Both the position numbers and the translations under genes were made by a program. DNA of 50,930 nucleotides, the filler included, from Bipalium vagum (Eukaryota): assembly GCA_037834085.1 (NCBI GenBank). It is 3 parts of 3 records of this genome, joined end to end, with 100 filler letters (N's around TTAATTAATTAA, not from the genome) between each part and the next. Parts side by side here need not be neighbours in the genome. Positions count along the whole stretch, not along the records: positions 15,771 to 33,023 come from JBBMKC010073314.1; positions 33,124 to 50,930 come from JBBMKC010049956.1; 1 more part is not named here. One strand, 5' to 3'. Within the stretch, counting starts at the first letter, position 1; each line of letters starts with the position of its first letter. The notes beneath the pieces were generated by a model. It was not told the origin of the DNA. It saw only the letters and a program-made list of their open reading frames with translations, and did no database searches. Shown here piece by piece: positions 26,548 to 37,861 of the stretch.

Positions 26548-28038
26548 TAATTTGAAAAATTATCGAATGCATGAATAAATGTTCTACTGAACACATTGGC
26601 CTTTCAGTTTATCAAATACTTTTCAGTCGCTTTGCTTTAATCTTTTTAATTAATCATGAAAAATATTAGAATATGTTGTTTTATTGTTCGTCAAGAATTC
26701 ATAATAAGCAATTCCGCCAGACAAAAAAATTACTAACACAGTTTTAAAAGATCATAATTTTCTTTGTATTAGTACTTGTATATTTTAATAATATTAAAAT
26801 AATAATAATAATTGTTACAATTACTCCAATTATTTGACTTCCACGCTTAAACAGACTATATGATAAGAATTACTGTTTTTGCGATCTCCAATAAGTCGGA
26901 ATTCTAATCAATTTCATAGCGCAAATCAGTCTCAGATTATTAGTCTTTGAAACAGTTGTTTTTTTCAATCCTTATTTCTGTCTGAGTAAATGAAATTGAA
27001 GTTAACTCTTTTCTCCAACAGTAAACGAAGAGGATTATTTGTTTATAGCTTAGCGTGATTCTTCCAACCAAGTTCCCTTTCGTCTTGAAATATCTTGTTG
27101 ACAGACAGCCTGTCGAGATCTCCGTCCGTCCTGCTTTTCTGACATTGAAAATGTCATCTTGTTATAATTTCTATAAAGATAATTGTCGTGCAGAATTCCG
27201 TATTGTTGTAAAAATTCAATAGTGCTTTTCTTATCTTTACATGTGTTTGATAAGTTTAAAACTTAAATCTTTGTTCATAATTGATGATTTTTGAAAATTA
27301 AAATGTCTAAAATAAAATAACTTTTTCGAATTAAAATTTTTTATTGGTAATCAAAGGACTTTGAAGTGATTAAATAAATTCGGAGTAACAAATGGACAAA
27401 TACCAAAATTTTTGCTAATCATAATATTTGTAGTAATTTTCTGAATGTTTTATGCAGTTTTTAAAAACGCGTCACGTAAAAATACTCTATTCTATCATTT
27501 AGTTGCAATTTTATTGAGAATTTAAATCCTAATTTTTTACTTTTATAAAAATTTGAATGTCTTTCAATTACTTTTTATAATATCATATTTTCTACGATAT
27601 TATTATCCTAGAATAAATAACTACAAAGGATACTTATTAGACTTGCTTCAGATTTTTAATAAAATAAACCTTAAAGTTTTAATTTGAATTGAATATTTAT
27701 TAAGATTTTCCAAGAAACTATAAAATAAAAGACCAGTTTTAATCACCGTCCAAACATATTTTCATTATTTGTTTAACTTGACATTGAATTATGTTAAGAT
27801 AAATTAATAATGAAGTACCAGCCTACTATTCATAACAATAAAATACTTACACTATGAACTGTATTGTTAACTATAGATTATCTTAAGCATCCCAATAAAT
27901 AGAAAACAATAAAACATAAGTTAATTAATTAAAATCAATTAAAAGGTAATCTGCTATAATGAATCACAATAAATATACAGGTTTTATAAAATTGAATATT
28001 TTATACTTAAATCAAATATCTTTCACTATAACCAAAGC

Positions 28039-29043
28039 ATGAAAAGAAAACTAATTGCGGTATATTTTGTTTTAATGTTAACTGGAGCAATTTATTATTA
28101 TTCTTCTATCAGTATAAATATTATAAATCTCTATGAAAAACATATTCACGGAAATTGTGATAGAATCAATGGCGAAGAATTATTTGAATATGCTAAATAT
28201 CATTTATTCGATAATAAAATTCCAAGAATTGTACATTATGTATTTAAAACAGAAAATATACCAAATCAATATTATTCACATGTTGAAAAATGTTTGAAAA
28301 TAAATACAGATGTTAAATTTGTCTTTTGGACGGATTATTCTTCATATAAGTTTGTTCAAAATTTTCTACCTGAGAAACTAAGATGGTATCAAAGTTACTG
28401 TCTTGCAGAAGAAAAGTTGAAAAGATCTGATGTAATTAGATATATTTTGCTTTATTTAATTGGTGGAATTTATATGGATCTAGACAATGAGTGTAACAAG
28501 CCATTCAGGGTGTCAATGAAAAATACGTCTTGTGTCCTCAGCAAAGCTTCAGAAATACAAGCCGGAATATTATTAAATACTCGAACAAATATTATGAATA
28601 GCCTCATGGCATGCATACCTAACCATAATTTCTTTAAATACATTCTTGAGAAAATACCATTCAATAATGATAGTGTTCATATTGTAGACCTTGTAGGTCC
28701 GGGAAAATTGACTCCAATGTATTTTAAGTATAATAGAGTTTTGAAAAGAAAAGATTTGAATGATCCTGTTAAAGCTGTTTACCTTGCAGATGGTAACACA
28801 TATTCTCCTTTAGTAGAAGATGAAAATTTTGATCATTGCAAAGGTAAGGTTGAAGGTGAATTCAAAAAGAAAAGTTGTAAGCTAGAAAATTGGTATCATA
28901 AATCATGGAAAAATCTTAAAAAGGAAGCAACAGTCATACACTTGTTTTTACATCTTGGATATTCTGTATCGGAACATTTAGTAAAGGAAATAAATTATAT
29001 ATGCATGGTAAGTTCAAAGTTATATCTTTTTCGAGATCATTAA
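28039..29043 (+). CDS. GT32-family DXD glycosyltransferase (SUR1/CSH1/OCH1-like), type II membrane protein
   Basis: N-terminal signal anchor, KIPRIVHYVF, FWTD, RSDVIRYILLYLIGGIYMDLD (DXD), NSLMACIPNHNFF, VGPG. Intact and intronless. Confidence 0.92.
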   Translation: MKRKLIAVYFVLMLTGAIYYYSSISINIINLYEKHIHGNCDRINGEELFEYAKYHLFDNKIPRIVHYVFKTENIPNQYYSHVEKCLKINTDVKFVFWTDYSSYKFVQNFLPEKLRWYQSYCLAEEKLKRSDVIRYILLYLIGGIYMDLDNECNKPFRVSMKNTSCVLSKASEIQAGILLNTRTNIMNSLMACIPNHNFFKYILEKIPFNNDSVHIVDLVGPGKLTPMYFKYNRVLKRKDLNDPVKAVYLADGNTYSPLVEDENFDHCKGKVEGEFKKKSCKLENWYHKSWKNLKKEATVIHLFLHLGYSVSEHLVKEINYICMVSSKLYLFRDH

Positions 29044-30780
29044 ACATTTTTCAAATTCTTTTGTTATGCACCATTTTCATAAATATATAAGATTATGTTA
29101 TTATTTATAATTTTTTGATCAAATAAGAATTTTTAAATGAATAAATTAAATGTTAAAATACATTCGCCATGTAATTTTTTTGTGTTTCAAATTTGGTTAC
29201 ATTTTAATATTTTTAAAAAATATTTCTTTTTATAACATTGGAAAATTCTTAATGTTTTAAATTGTAAGATTTTTTATATTTCAATAGACCAAAGGTTCAT
29301 GAGGCTTCACTAAATCCACTTAAGGACTAGTGTTCGATTCATATTTTTAAAAAGTTAAATAGATTCCATATTCAATAGTTCAGATATAAAGAAATAGTTA
29401 TATGAATTATTATAAAAAAATTATTTTTAATAATTTAACAAAAAGGATTATATTTAGATCATTATGAGAAAAAAGTTTTTATAAAATATATACTTAAATT
29501 CGTCTCGTGAAGCTTCACCAATCGCATATGATAAATTGAGTTCCTAATAAAAAAATTTCGTAAATATGACATTCGTAAGACTAACTTCTATTTCATAAAT
29601 ATAAGTATTGTTAAAATGTTAAATGTGTTAAAATTTCAATTTTTAAGTTTTTGATTTTTTTAATTTTCAGCTTTATAATTTTTATGATTTTTGCAGTTTT
29701 TTTGATTCCTTTGATTTTTATGCATTTTAAAAAATTTTATGAAAATTGAAATTCTCAATATAAAAATTTGTTTTTATGTTGATTTTGTTTGGAAATTTAA
29801 AAACTTATTAACAAATTTTAATGAATAATATATTTCGTTTTAATTTTAAAAATTTTGGAGTTATAAAATTATGAATTATTTAACTAAATACAAAAATTTT
29901 AAATTTTAATTAATAAAATTAAATCTTATTAAATAAAAACAATACAATTTTATTTCTTTTTATCCCAAATTTTGGTGTTAGCTTTGTAAAACTAGACGAA
30001 AATGATACAAACTTTGATTGTGATGATTGTAAAAAAAATTTTAAAATATATTATATATTTATGAACATATAAAATTTAAAAATTATTTACAAGCAATAGA
30101 AAAAATTCCAAAAATTTTTATTTATAAAATTCCAACTCCAACCTTAACCCAACCATAACCCTAGTGTTTAATAAAAACTAATAAAAATATAATTTCAATT
30201 AACATCTAAATTTAATCGCGATATCAACTTATAAGACAAAACCGAGTGAAAAAAACTTTTTAACCCAAAAAATGGTTAATAAAAGAACTGATAATATGAT
30301 TGATAATGTAAATTATAATTTTTATTTTAAAAGTTAAAATAAATACTTTTTTAAAAAAAATACCACTAAGTCATTTAAGATCTAAGTCTTCTTAAAATAT
30401 TAAATAATCAAAATAAAAATTTTAAAATATTAACCTGTTATATTTGTGACAAAGAATTTAAAACATTTTCAACTTTATCATCTCATTTAATATTAAAGTC
30501 TCTGTACGTGATCTTCAACCTTCATTCTTACTCCGCTCAGGTTAGATTAGGTACTATATAGCGTATATCCATCAATCAATTTATTTTTTAAAAATGTATG
30601 AAAACTAGTATTGTAAAGTTTGTAAAAAATATATCTCTAAAAAAATAAATCTTAATGAAGATGCAATAAACCATTAAAAAGACAACTAAAAAAAATACCA
30701 TTGTTCTCCCATACTACTGATTTATCGCATCCCAAAACCTTAAGTATAAGGAGTGATTCGAAAAATTAGTTTGGATGAAT

Positions 30781-30992
30781 TTTTTATAAAAAGGATCTCA
30801 CACCTAAATTAACCATTATTAAATTTTTATAATTTCGAGTTTTAAAATTTTTGTTACAGATTTTAATGGTTATTTAAATATTTTTAGTTGAAATTTTAAG
30901 TTATAAACGGCATAATAAATATTGAAAAATTTTTGTAAATTAAATAATTTAAATAATAAAAAATAATGGGCGAGATCCTTTTTAAAAAACCG
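30781..30992. mobile_element. MITE-like element bounded by an inverted repeat
   Basis: TTTTTATAAAAAGGATCTCACACC ... GGGCGAGATCCTTTTTAAAAAA flank an AT-rich interior. Confidence 0.5.
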
Positions 30993-31537
30993 TTTAAATG
31001 GTAAGTATTACTAAGATATATAATTTTTTTTTGTTATCTTATTATTATTACAAATGACAGCACAAGAATCTAACTATAAGTACTTAAAGTATATAAAAAG
31101 ACAACAAATAGATATTAAAAAATTTTAATGTGAAACTTTGGTCGAAGGATAGAAGGCAATAATGAATATCAAAGACCAAACAACACCGGATACGTAAATG
31201 CAATTGTAGAAATAGACTATGTAACAAAATTATTTTTAAAAAAAAGAAAGGAATAGTTATAGAGAGGAGTACCTAAAAGACTAAGCTTCATCCAAAGTTG
31301 AGTTGATTGGAGCTATAAATTAGATAACAGTTTAGATTGCAGTAGTAATATTTATAATAGAATTAGTTTTATCATTATTATAAAAGACGAAGAGAAAGTT
31401 GATGGAAATATTTATGCGTTTTTTATAAAATGTTGCGAACATATATTTAATGAAGATATGAATGATGAGAATAATGATAATAGAATGATGGCCTTAGTAG
31501 AGACCGATGAAGTTGAGAAAAGGATGACATTATGCAG

Positions 31538-31760
31538 GGTAGACCTATGGTTGAGGTGAAAATTCATCTAAAGTACTTTGAATGCTTATTAGACACAGGA
31601 GCAAAGAAAAATGCGATGAGCCAATATATATATTGAAAAAAAATAATGTAGAACTTGTTGGTTGCGAATATGTGTTTAAATGTGCAAATAACAGAAAAAT
31701 GATTGTTTTGGGAAAGATTCGAGTAGATGTAGAAATTGGGAAGCAAAGCGAAATCGTTGC
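31538..31760 (+). mobile_element. Gypsy aspartic protease relic
   Basis: GRPMVEVKI...FECLLDTGA, then after a frameshift KCANNRKMIVLGKIRVDVEIG. Confidence 0.75.
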
Positions 31761-31789
31761 AAAACATTTTAAAAAGATGTCCTGCTGAA

Positions 31790-32680
31790 AGGGCTGCATT
31801 GATCAAAACAGATGGTAATCTGTAGGAGCCAGGTCACGGGAAAAAGGTACATGAGAAAGAACTTCCCAACCTAATTGTGAGATTGTCTCCTGCGTAAGCT
31901 TTGCTACATGCGATCTAGTATTGTCATACAGTGAGATAGTCTTATGCAATCCTTGACTTGAAAAAGGTTTTTTCAACAAATTACAACAACTGCTTGCTGT
32001 AACGTTCTGAATTAATGGTTTCGCCAATCTGAAGAAGATAAATAAATTGGACCTATCATATCCTACAAGATACAAAGAAGCATTTTTTGCTGTGAATATT
32101 TACTTTTGCGGTTGAAGTTCTTGGTATACCGGAGTCTAATCACGAATGAATGCGCTTTGGATTATCGTAGGTAATTCACTTTTCATCTCCAGTGATCTAC
32201 CATAAAAAGTATTTTTCTTTGTCCAGCAAGATGCGACGAGCATGTTTATAAACAACATGAAATGTTGATTTCTAAGAGTTCATGTGGCACCCATTTTCTA
32301 TCCTTCTGAATTTTTCCGAATCTATCTAACTGCCTGCTAACAGTTTCTTGTTCGACTTTAAGCTGTTGCGCAAGTTCTTCTTATGTTTGGGCAGTTCTGC
32401 CAATCTCTCAGGGTACAATATTCGTGTAGCATCGGTTGGTAGTCGATTGTTTACATCAAAATATTCGTTTTTAAATCGACAATATAATTATTTATATGTA
32501 CTATACAAAATAATCTTCTCTTCTTGAACAGAACATATGGATAGTGATGCTGCAATAGCACTTTTCCTTGCTGAAATTCATATCTGATACAATGCCAATA
32601 GTATATTTTCGTCACTCATTTCTAAATCCAAAATATTATGATATTTCATAACAATTAAAATGAAATTATTTTTCAATAAA
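31790..32680 (-). mobile_element. mariner relic, 3'-truncated
   Basis: KWVPHEL, ITGDEK*ITYDNPKR, YDNTRSHVAK..LGWEVLSHVPFSRDLAPTDYHLF. Confidence 0.85.
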
Positions 32681-32689
32681 TATACAATG

Positions 32690-32840
32690 GTAATGGTTGG
32701 AAGAATTATAGTTCAAAGTTACCATATATTGACTAGATGATAAATGCAACCAAACAAAAAACATTGGGGCTGCCACCAGCAGAGATAATATTCAGCAGGA
32801 AAATACACAGACAACAATGGTTTGAAACTAAACGAGATGA
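32690..32840 (+). mobile_element. Gypsy integrase C-terminal relic
   Basis: MINATKQKTLGLPPAEIIFSRKI matches the NAT.QKT.G.SPAE..FGR motif; similar to TLNAKFQKTLG near 16180. Confidence 0.6.
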
Positions 32841-33023
32841 CAAGGATCTGATGGATCCCATAAAAACCCCTCATCACATGGATTGCATAATAATTTTTGA
32901 AAAATTTCGCTCCTTCGGTTTTTATTGCTCAAATTCGACTTCATGCTGACCTGGGCTTAGGGAAGTAAGGGTAATGGTGGTATAATTAACATAAAAGCTT
33001 CCACAAGACATACCGTGAGTGTC

Positions 33024-33123
33024 NNNNNNNNNNNNNNNNNNNNNNNNNNNNNNNNNNNNNNNNNNNNTTAATTAATTAANNNNNNNNNNNNNNNNNNNNN
33101 NNNNNNNNNNNNNNNNNNNNNNN
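33024..33123. other. artificial contig-joining spacer
   Basis: Same 44 N + TTAATTAATTAA + 44 N structure as at 15671. Confidence 0.95.
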
Positions 33124-33225
33124 ATATTTAATCTTATATTTAATATTATATTTAATATTATATTTAATATTATATTTAATCTTATATTTAATATTATATT
33201 TAATATTATATTTAATATTATATTT
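33124..33225. repeat. 12-bp AT minisatellite (ATATTTAATATT)n at a contig edge
   Basis: About eight tandem units visible, some with the ATATTTAATCTT variant. Confidence 0.85.
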
Positions 33226-34099
33226 TATTTTTCTCATCGTTTATTTTAGTAAAATATATAAATTATTTTTCAAAGATAAAATGAAAAAAATAAATATTTT
33301 TTTTTTTAAAGAAAAATTAAAAGAAAATAAAATAGCGTTAAGTAAGAACACCACCGGTATAAAGAAGCCAGGAAATAATGATTACGATGGAAAGGTCAGA
33401 TCGATCCTGAAAAATCATACAGTTCTTAATTAACTTCCTGGGTTCCTTTTGAATAACAGTTTTCTCCAAAAATTCCATTAATATATTTTTATTTATTTAT
33501 TTTTTGTATTATTTCTCAGGACGACAAACGCAATTTTCCAATTGATATATTTCGTTACTTGTGATAGAAAACGCCGATTTTTGTTGATTTTTTAAAGCAT
33601 TTTTATATTTAGTGCTTTCATGGTGAATATTGAGGGGTATGGATATCAGTATGGATCCTATAGTTTTGTGTCAGAATTGACTCAAACCAATTGATTGGGT
33701 AATCCAAATGTTCACCTTTTCAAGTTTCCAATCATTTTGTTAAGTTCCTAAAATTAATGAGAAAATCGATATTGGGCTATAGATGACTTAATATATATTA
33801 TATTATGATCAGAAGGATCCACGGATGAACGTTCAAAGCCAAATGCATTTATTATCACAACGTACAATGTAAACGGTGATATAAAATGGTCAAATGAAAT
33901 TCATATTAATAACTAAGAGAACACAATTGACTTCAATATATCGGGTTGAAATTAGAATTTTTCACAACCTGTTTTTTTATGGGATTGGTCAAAGTTAAAG
34001 AATATTTTTTGGCACAAATAATGATAATAATATTAATAATAATAATAAATAATAATATTAATAATATTATTATTATTAATAATAATAGAATAATAATAG

Positions 34100-34350
34100 A
34101 AGACATAAACCTCATACGAAGATTGTGCAGAGTTGGTATAATAACAAAAATTCCTTACTAAATTGGCCTCCAGTGGTATAATGATTATTCTTGGTTTTCC
34201 GTGTTCTCTTCTGTATCTCGTATCTGAACGTTTCTATTTGTTAACCATATACCTCCACATTGATTGTTTGGTTAGAGTTCAATATTTCCCAAAAGATCAC
34301 ACCCTACAACTCTTACCAATAGACCATTATATTCGTCTACCGAAGTAACT
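34100..34350 (-). mobile_element. mariner internal relic
   Basis: VIFWEILNSNQTINVEVYG*QI resembles GVIYWELLPPNQTINAELYCQQL. Confidence 0.55.
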
Positions 34351-34899
34351 CAATGCAACCTGTTTATTATTTATATTTGTTCATAGCGTTTCCGTTTGAC
34401 ATTATTGTCACTGCTTACATCTGTCTTTGAAAATGGCTCGTGTCTATGATGGGTTCAATGGCCTTGTTTTAATGGCCTACTAGTTTAATACGATGGGTAG
34501 GTAATTATGGTAGGCCGTCTCACCAATTTGACCTGATCCCTGACTTCTGGACAAAAAACAAGTCTAGTTCCAAACGTCTCATGGATTACCTGTCGATGTT
34601 CATTAGACTCCACTTATGGATGAGGAGTTCCTGTCAACGCAAAAGTCTACGTCGCTGTTGAGCTTTCAATCGGTTCCCGTTATTAACTGCTGGACAGTCC
34701 TTATGTTAATAATACCAATATTGCTTCATTATAACACCAGTATATTATATTAATGATACTCTACTAAAAAGGAACCCTGTTTTGATGTCAAACGAAAAGA
34801 AGGAAGTAAGACTTTACTTAATATATGAATCAGAAAAGGACAGAGACAATTAATGCATAGTTTTTGTGCTCGGCCGCTTCAAGACTGCCATGGGTGACT

Positions 34900-35318
34900 T
34901 CACCCTTCATGGATGATCTGCGTTTCTTGATGAGCGATTTTTAATTTGCATCTAAAATCAGATTAAACCCATGGATCCTTAAGAATAAAATTTGATACGC
35001 GTAAAGTTCAGCTGCGCATTTTAGGTGTGCGCACGTGGCGAAACTGGTTTCCACTGGAGCATTTTTATCATTCTCTTTACGCAAGCAGCACATTTTCAGT
35101 TTTCTTTGCAAGACGGTCCTCGTTGCTTTGTGACCAAAATTGATCCAGTCGTGCTTAAACTTATCCGTGCATCTCGTCAGCTGATCGAAACAGTCGTTTA
35201 TGCACTTTCTGAATTCTTCTATGCTCATTTTTAACTTGGCTTTGTGACCTTGCTGCAGCGTGTCGTGGATGAAAATCGTTAACAAAACACCCGTCACGAT
35301 TAGCATTGTTGGTCGCAT
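34900..35318 (-). CDS. small secreted cysteine-rich protein (123 aa, 8 Cys)
   Basis: Signal-peptide-like MRPTMLIVTGVLLTIFIHDTLQ. Removing a 47-nt intron (34998-34952) gives ...CAAELYACKLKIAHQETQIIHEG*, which brings the Cys count to an even 8. Locally raised GC. Confidence 0.75.
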
Positions 35319-35859
35319 CTTCTTTCAATCTGAAAAGGAAACGAAACCTCAAATGATTTCTTAGAAAGGAATGATGCTCGTTTGTCCACTCAGTCATCCT
35401 GGATGCCGCTTCGACCCACTGACCTTTCGATCAAGAACATTTACCTGGTATGTGAAAGTCCTTTTACGACTGTCTGGTGTCGTTTCAACACAAAATGATT
35501 TTTTATTTTTTTTTCTTTTATCAATAAATAATAAATCAAAGTAAAAAGTTTGCCAAATATTTAAAATCGATTTTCAAAATAAAAACAAAAAAACAATTAA
35601 TAATAATGGGGAACATTTGAAAACGACCTACTTTAATAATAACAATGAAATGATTGAATATTAAAATAATAATGTTTTTATGAGAAATCACGAAAGGATC
35701 CATTGTGATATAGTGGTCTTTGAATGGGGTCAAAAGGAGACTCAAAATTATACAATAATACTTTTTGACTTTTGGTCTGCACTCTACAGAGATAACCTTT
35801 TCAAATGATGCTCATTAAAACAACAGTGCAAATACGACCTAGTGTGTTCTTATTTAGGC

Positions 35860-36064
35860 TCATTTTATTAATTCTGGTTTTATTTATATTGATTTTATTT
35901 GTTCTTATTTTATTTATATTGATTTTATTTATTTTAATTTTATTTATATTGATTTTATTTATTAATTTTATTTATATTGATTTTATTTATCATAAATTTT
36001 CTTATAATAAATTCCAACAAATTCTTAAGTGCGAAAATCGGAAAATATTAAATTAAGAATTTTA

Positions 36065-36105
<41 letters not shown>

Positions 36106-36155
36106 GTTATTATTATTATTATTAATATTATTATTATTATTAATATTATTATTAT
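35860..36155. repeat. low-complexity repeats: ~21-27-bp TTTTATTTATATTGA-containing units, then a (TTA)n microsatellite
   Basis: Visible directly; the source of the spurious Ile/Leu/Phe ORF 35805-36056. Confidence 0.8.
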
Positions 36156-36322
36156 CTCTATATATTTTAATGTATTTGTTTTAATGATTAATTATTGATT
36201 TTTATATTTTAGCGTCAATTCAATATACAATGCAAAAAATGATTTTCTTGTGATTGCCTTGTACGAGTTTAAATATTTGCTTTTATGTGGATAACGAAAG
36301 ATTGATTTATCTGTGCAATATA

Positions 36323-37627
36323 CAGTCTGATACATTAAATTGTCAAGTACAAAAAATTCAATACCTTTTCAGTTAAATATTTTTATATATATATATATCA
36401 GATTATTTATCGTTGCCAGTTCTAATTTAAAGTTTTGTAATTCGTTTTTTTAAATCATTTAAGTGTTTTTTGCCTTATAATTCAGCTAGAATATTAGTTT
36501 AGTTTAATTTCCAGTATATTCCTCAAATTATGCGTGGTTTCGATTTAACGCCTTTTGGAAAGGACAGATTTATGCATTACATGCGGAATGGATATAATAT
36601 CAGATTGCCAGTACTCTTGATTTGACTCTCTCTGCTGTCAGTAAATATTGCCTGCGATAGATCAATAATGATCTGCCACATGAAGGAACTGTATCAAATG
36701 TAAGAGACTGCGAAAAACATTAGATATGTTTGACAGACATATTGCGAGATATGATGAACAACATCCATTCAAAGGAACTCGGCAAGTAGCATCAGACTTC
36801 TCTGAAATCCAAAAAATATCATATGGCACGATCAATCGCCGCTTGAAGGATATTGGTTTTCTTTCTTTTTCTCCAGCACACAAGCCCTTCCTTTCAAAAG
36901 CTCACAAAGCAGCGCGTTTTTTGTGGGCACAGCAGCATCACTAACCAATTGGTCGGCAATCATCTTTAGTGATGAATCAAAATTCCAGATGAGTAATAGA
37001 CAGCAGTTCGTATGACGTAGGAAAAGCACTAGACTGCAGGATCGGTTTGTTAACCATCTTCCAAACAGAAGTTCATATCACTGCATTGTATGGGAATTTT
37101 TTTCTAGAGATGGTTACAGTAATTTGGTTAGAATTCAATAGCGGCTTAATTCTGAAGGATATGTTGAGCTATTAGAACAGAACTTTCTTCCTTTCGTCGA
37201 TCAAATGAACAACAAAGAATTCTACCACCAAGACAATGCACTAATCCATACTGCCAAATTTACAAGAGATTGGTTTGATAATCATGACTTACCTCTTATG
37301 CCGGGGCCAGCAATCAGTCCTCATGCTAACTCCATCGAAATTGTGTGGGGACGCATGAAACATCAGCTTAGTCATATGCTCATAAAGCCAACTGCATCTG
37401 ATGCCCAAGTTCAGCAAGTGTCAAGATTTGTGGACTACTATTATTGGAGAAGAGAATTACCGGTATAGCCTTTTAAATTCTATGGAGCGAAGGCTTTCCG
37501 CAATAATCGATGCACCTGGACGATATTCCAAATATTAACAATATATTGTTTTCTGTATATAAATATAATTTCCATATAATATAAATGTTGTAATTATTTT
37601 TACTGGACAATTTAATGTATCGCACTG
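36323..37627 (+). mobile_element. full-length but inactivated Tc1-like (DD34E) transposon
   Basis: TA|CAGTCTGATACATTAAATTGTCAAGTA ... TACTGGACAATTTAATGTATCGCACTG|TA. Motifs KPFLSKAHKAARFLWA, IFSDESKF, YHQDNALIH and PAISPHANSIEIVW; frameshifts and stops present. Confidence 0.92.
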
Positions 37628-37861
37628 TATATTAATAATAACTCAATTAATGTTCATGAACTTTTTAAATTTAATTAATGGCGATTGGAATATATTTTAT
37701 TCTAGTGTTGTCATAGTTATGTCATATAATTTTTATTGGAATCATTGCATGAAAGGTTAGCTAAACCACCCTAACCCTTTTTATTAACTCAACATATTAG
37801 AAAAATCAAAGTAAAGGCTAAGAATGAAAGTTCTTTCACTAAAATTGGATTCTGTTCTCTC

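Noticed and set aside
26830-27200. Possible Tc1-like relic on the minus strand (KRELGW)
   Set aside because: Too degraded; no catalytic motif or TIR could be confirmed.
30133-30165. CCAACCTTAACCCAACCATAACCCTAG, a telomere-like tract
   Set aside because: Only a few degenerate units; such tracts are common in TE subtermini, so it cannot be called an interstitial telomere.
33933-34161. Ile/Asn-rich ORFs on both strands (also 6213-6404 and 35805-36056)
   Set aside because: They are translations of (AAT)n or T-rich low-complexity DNA.
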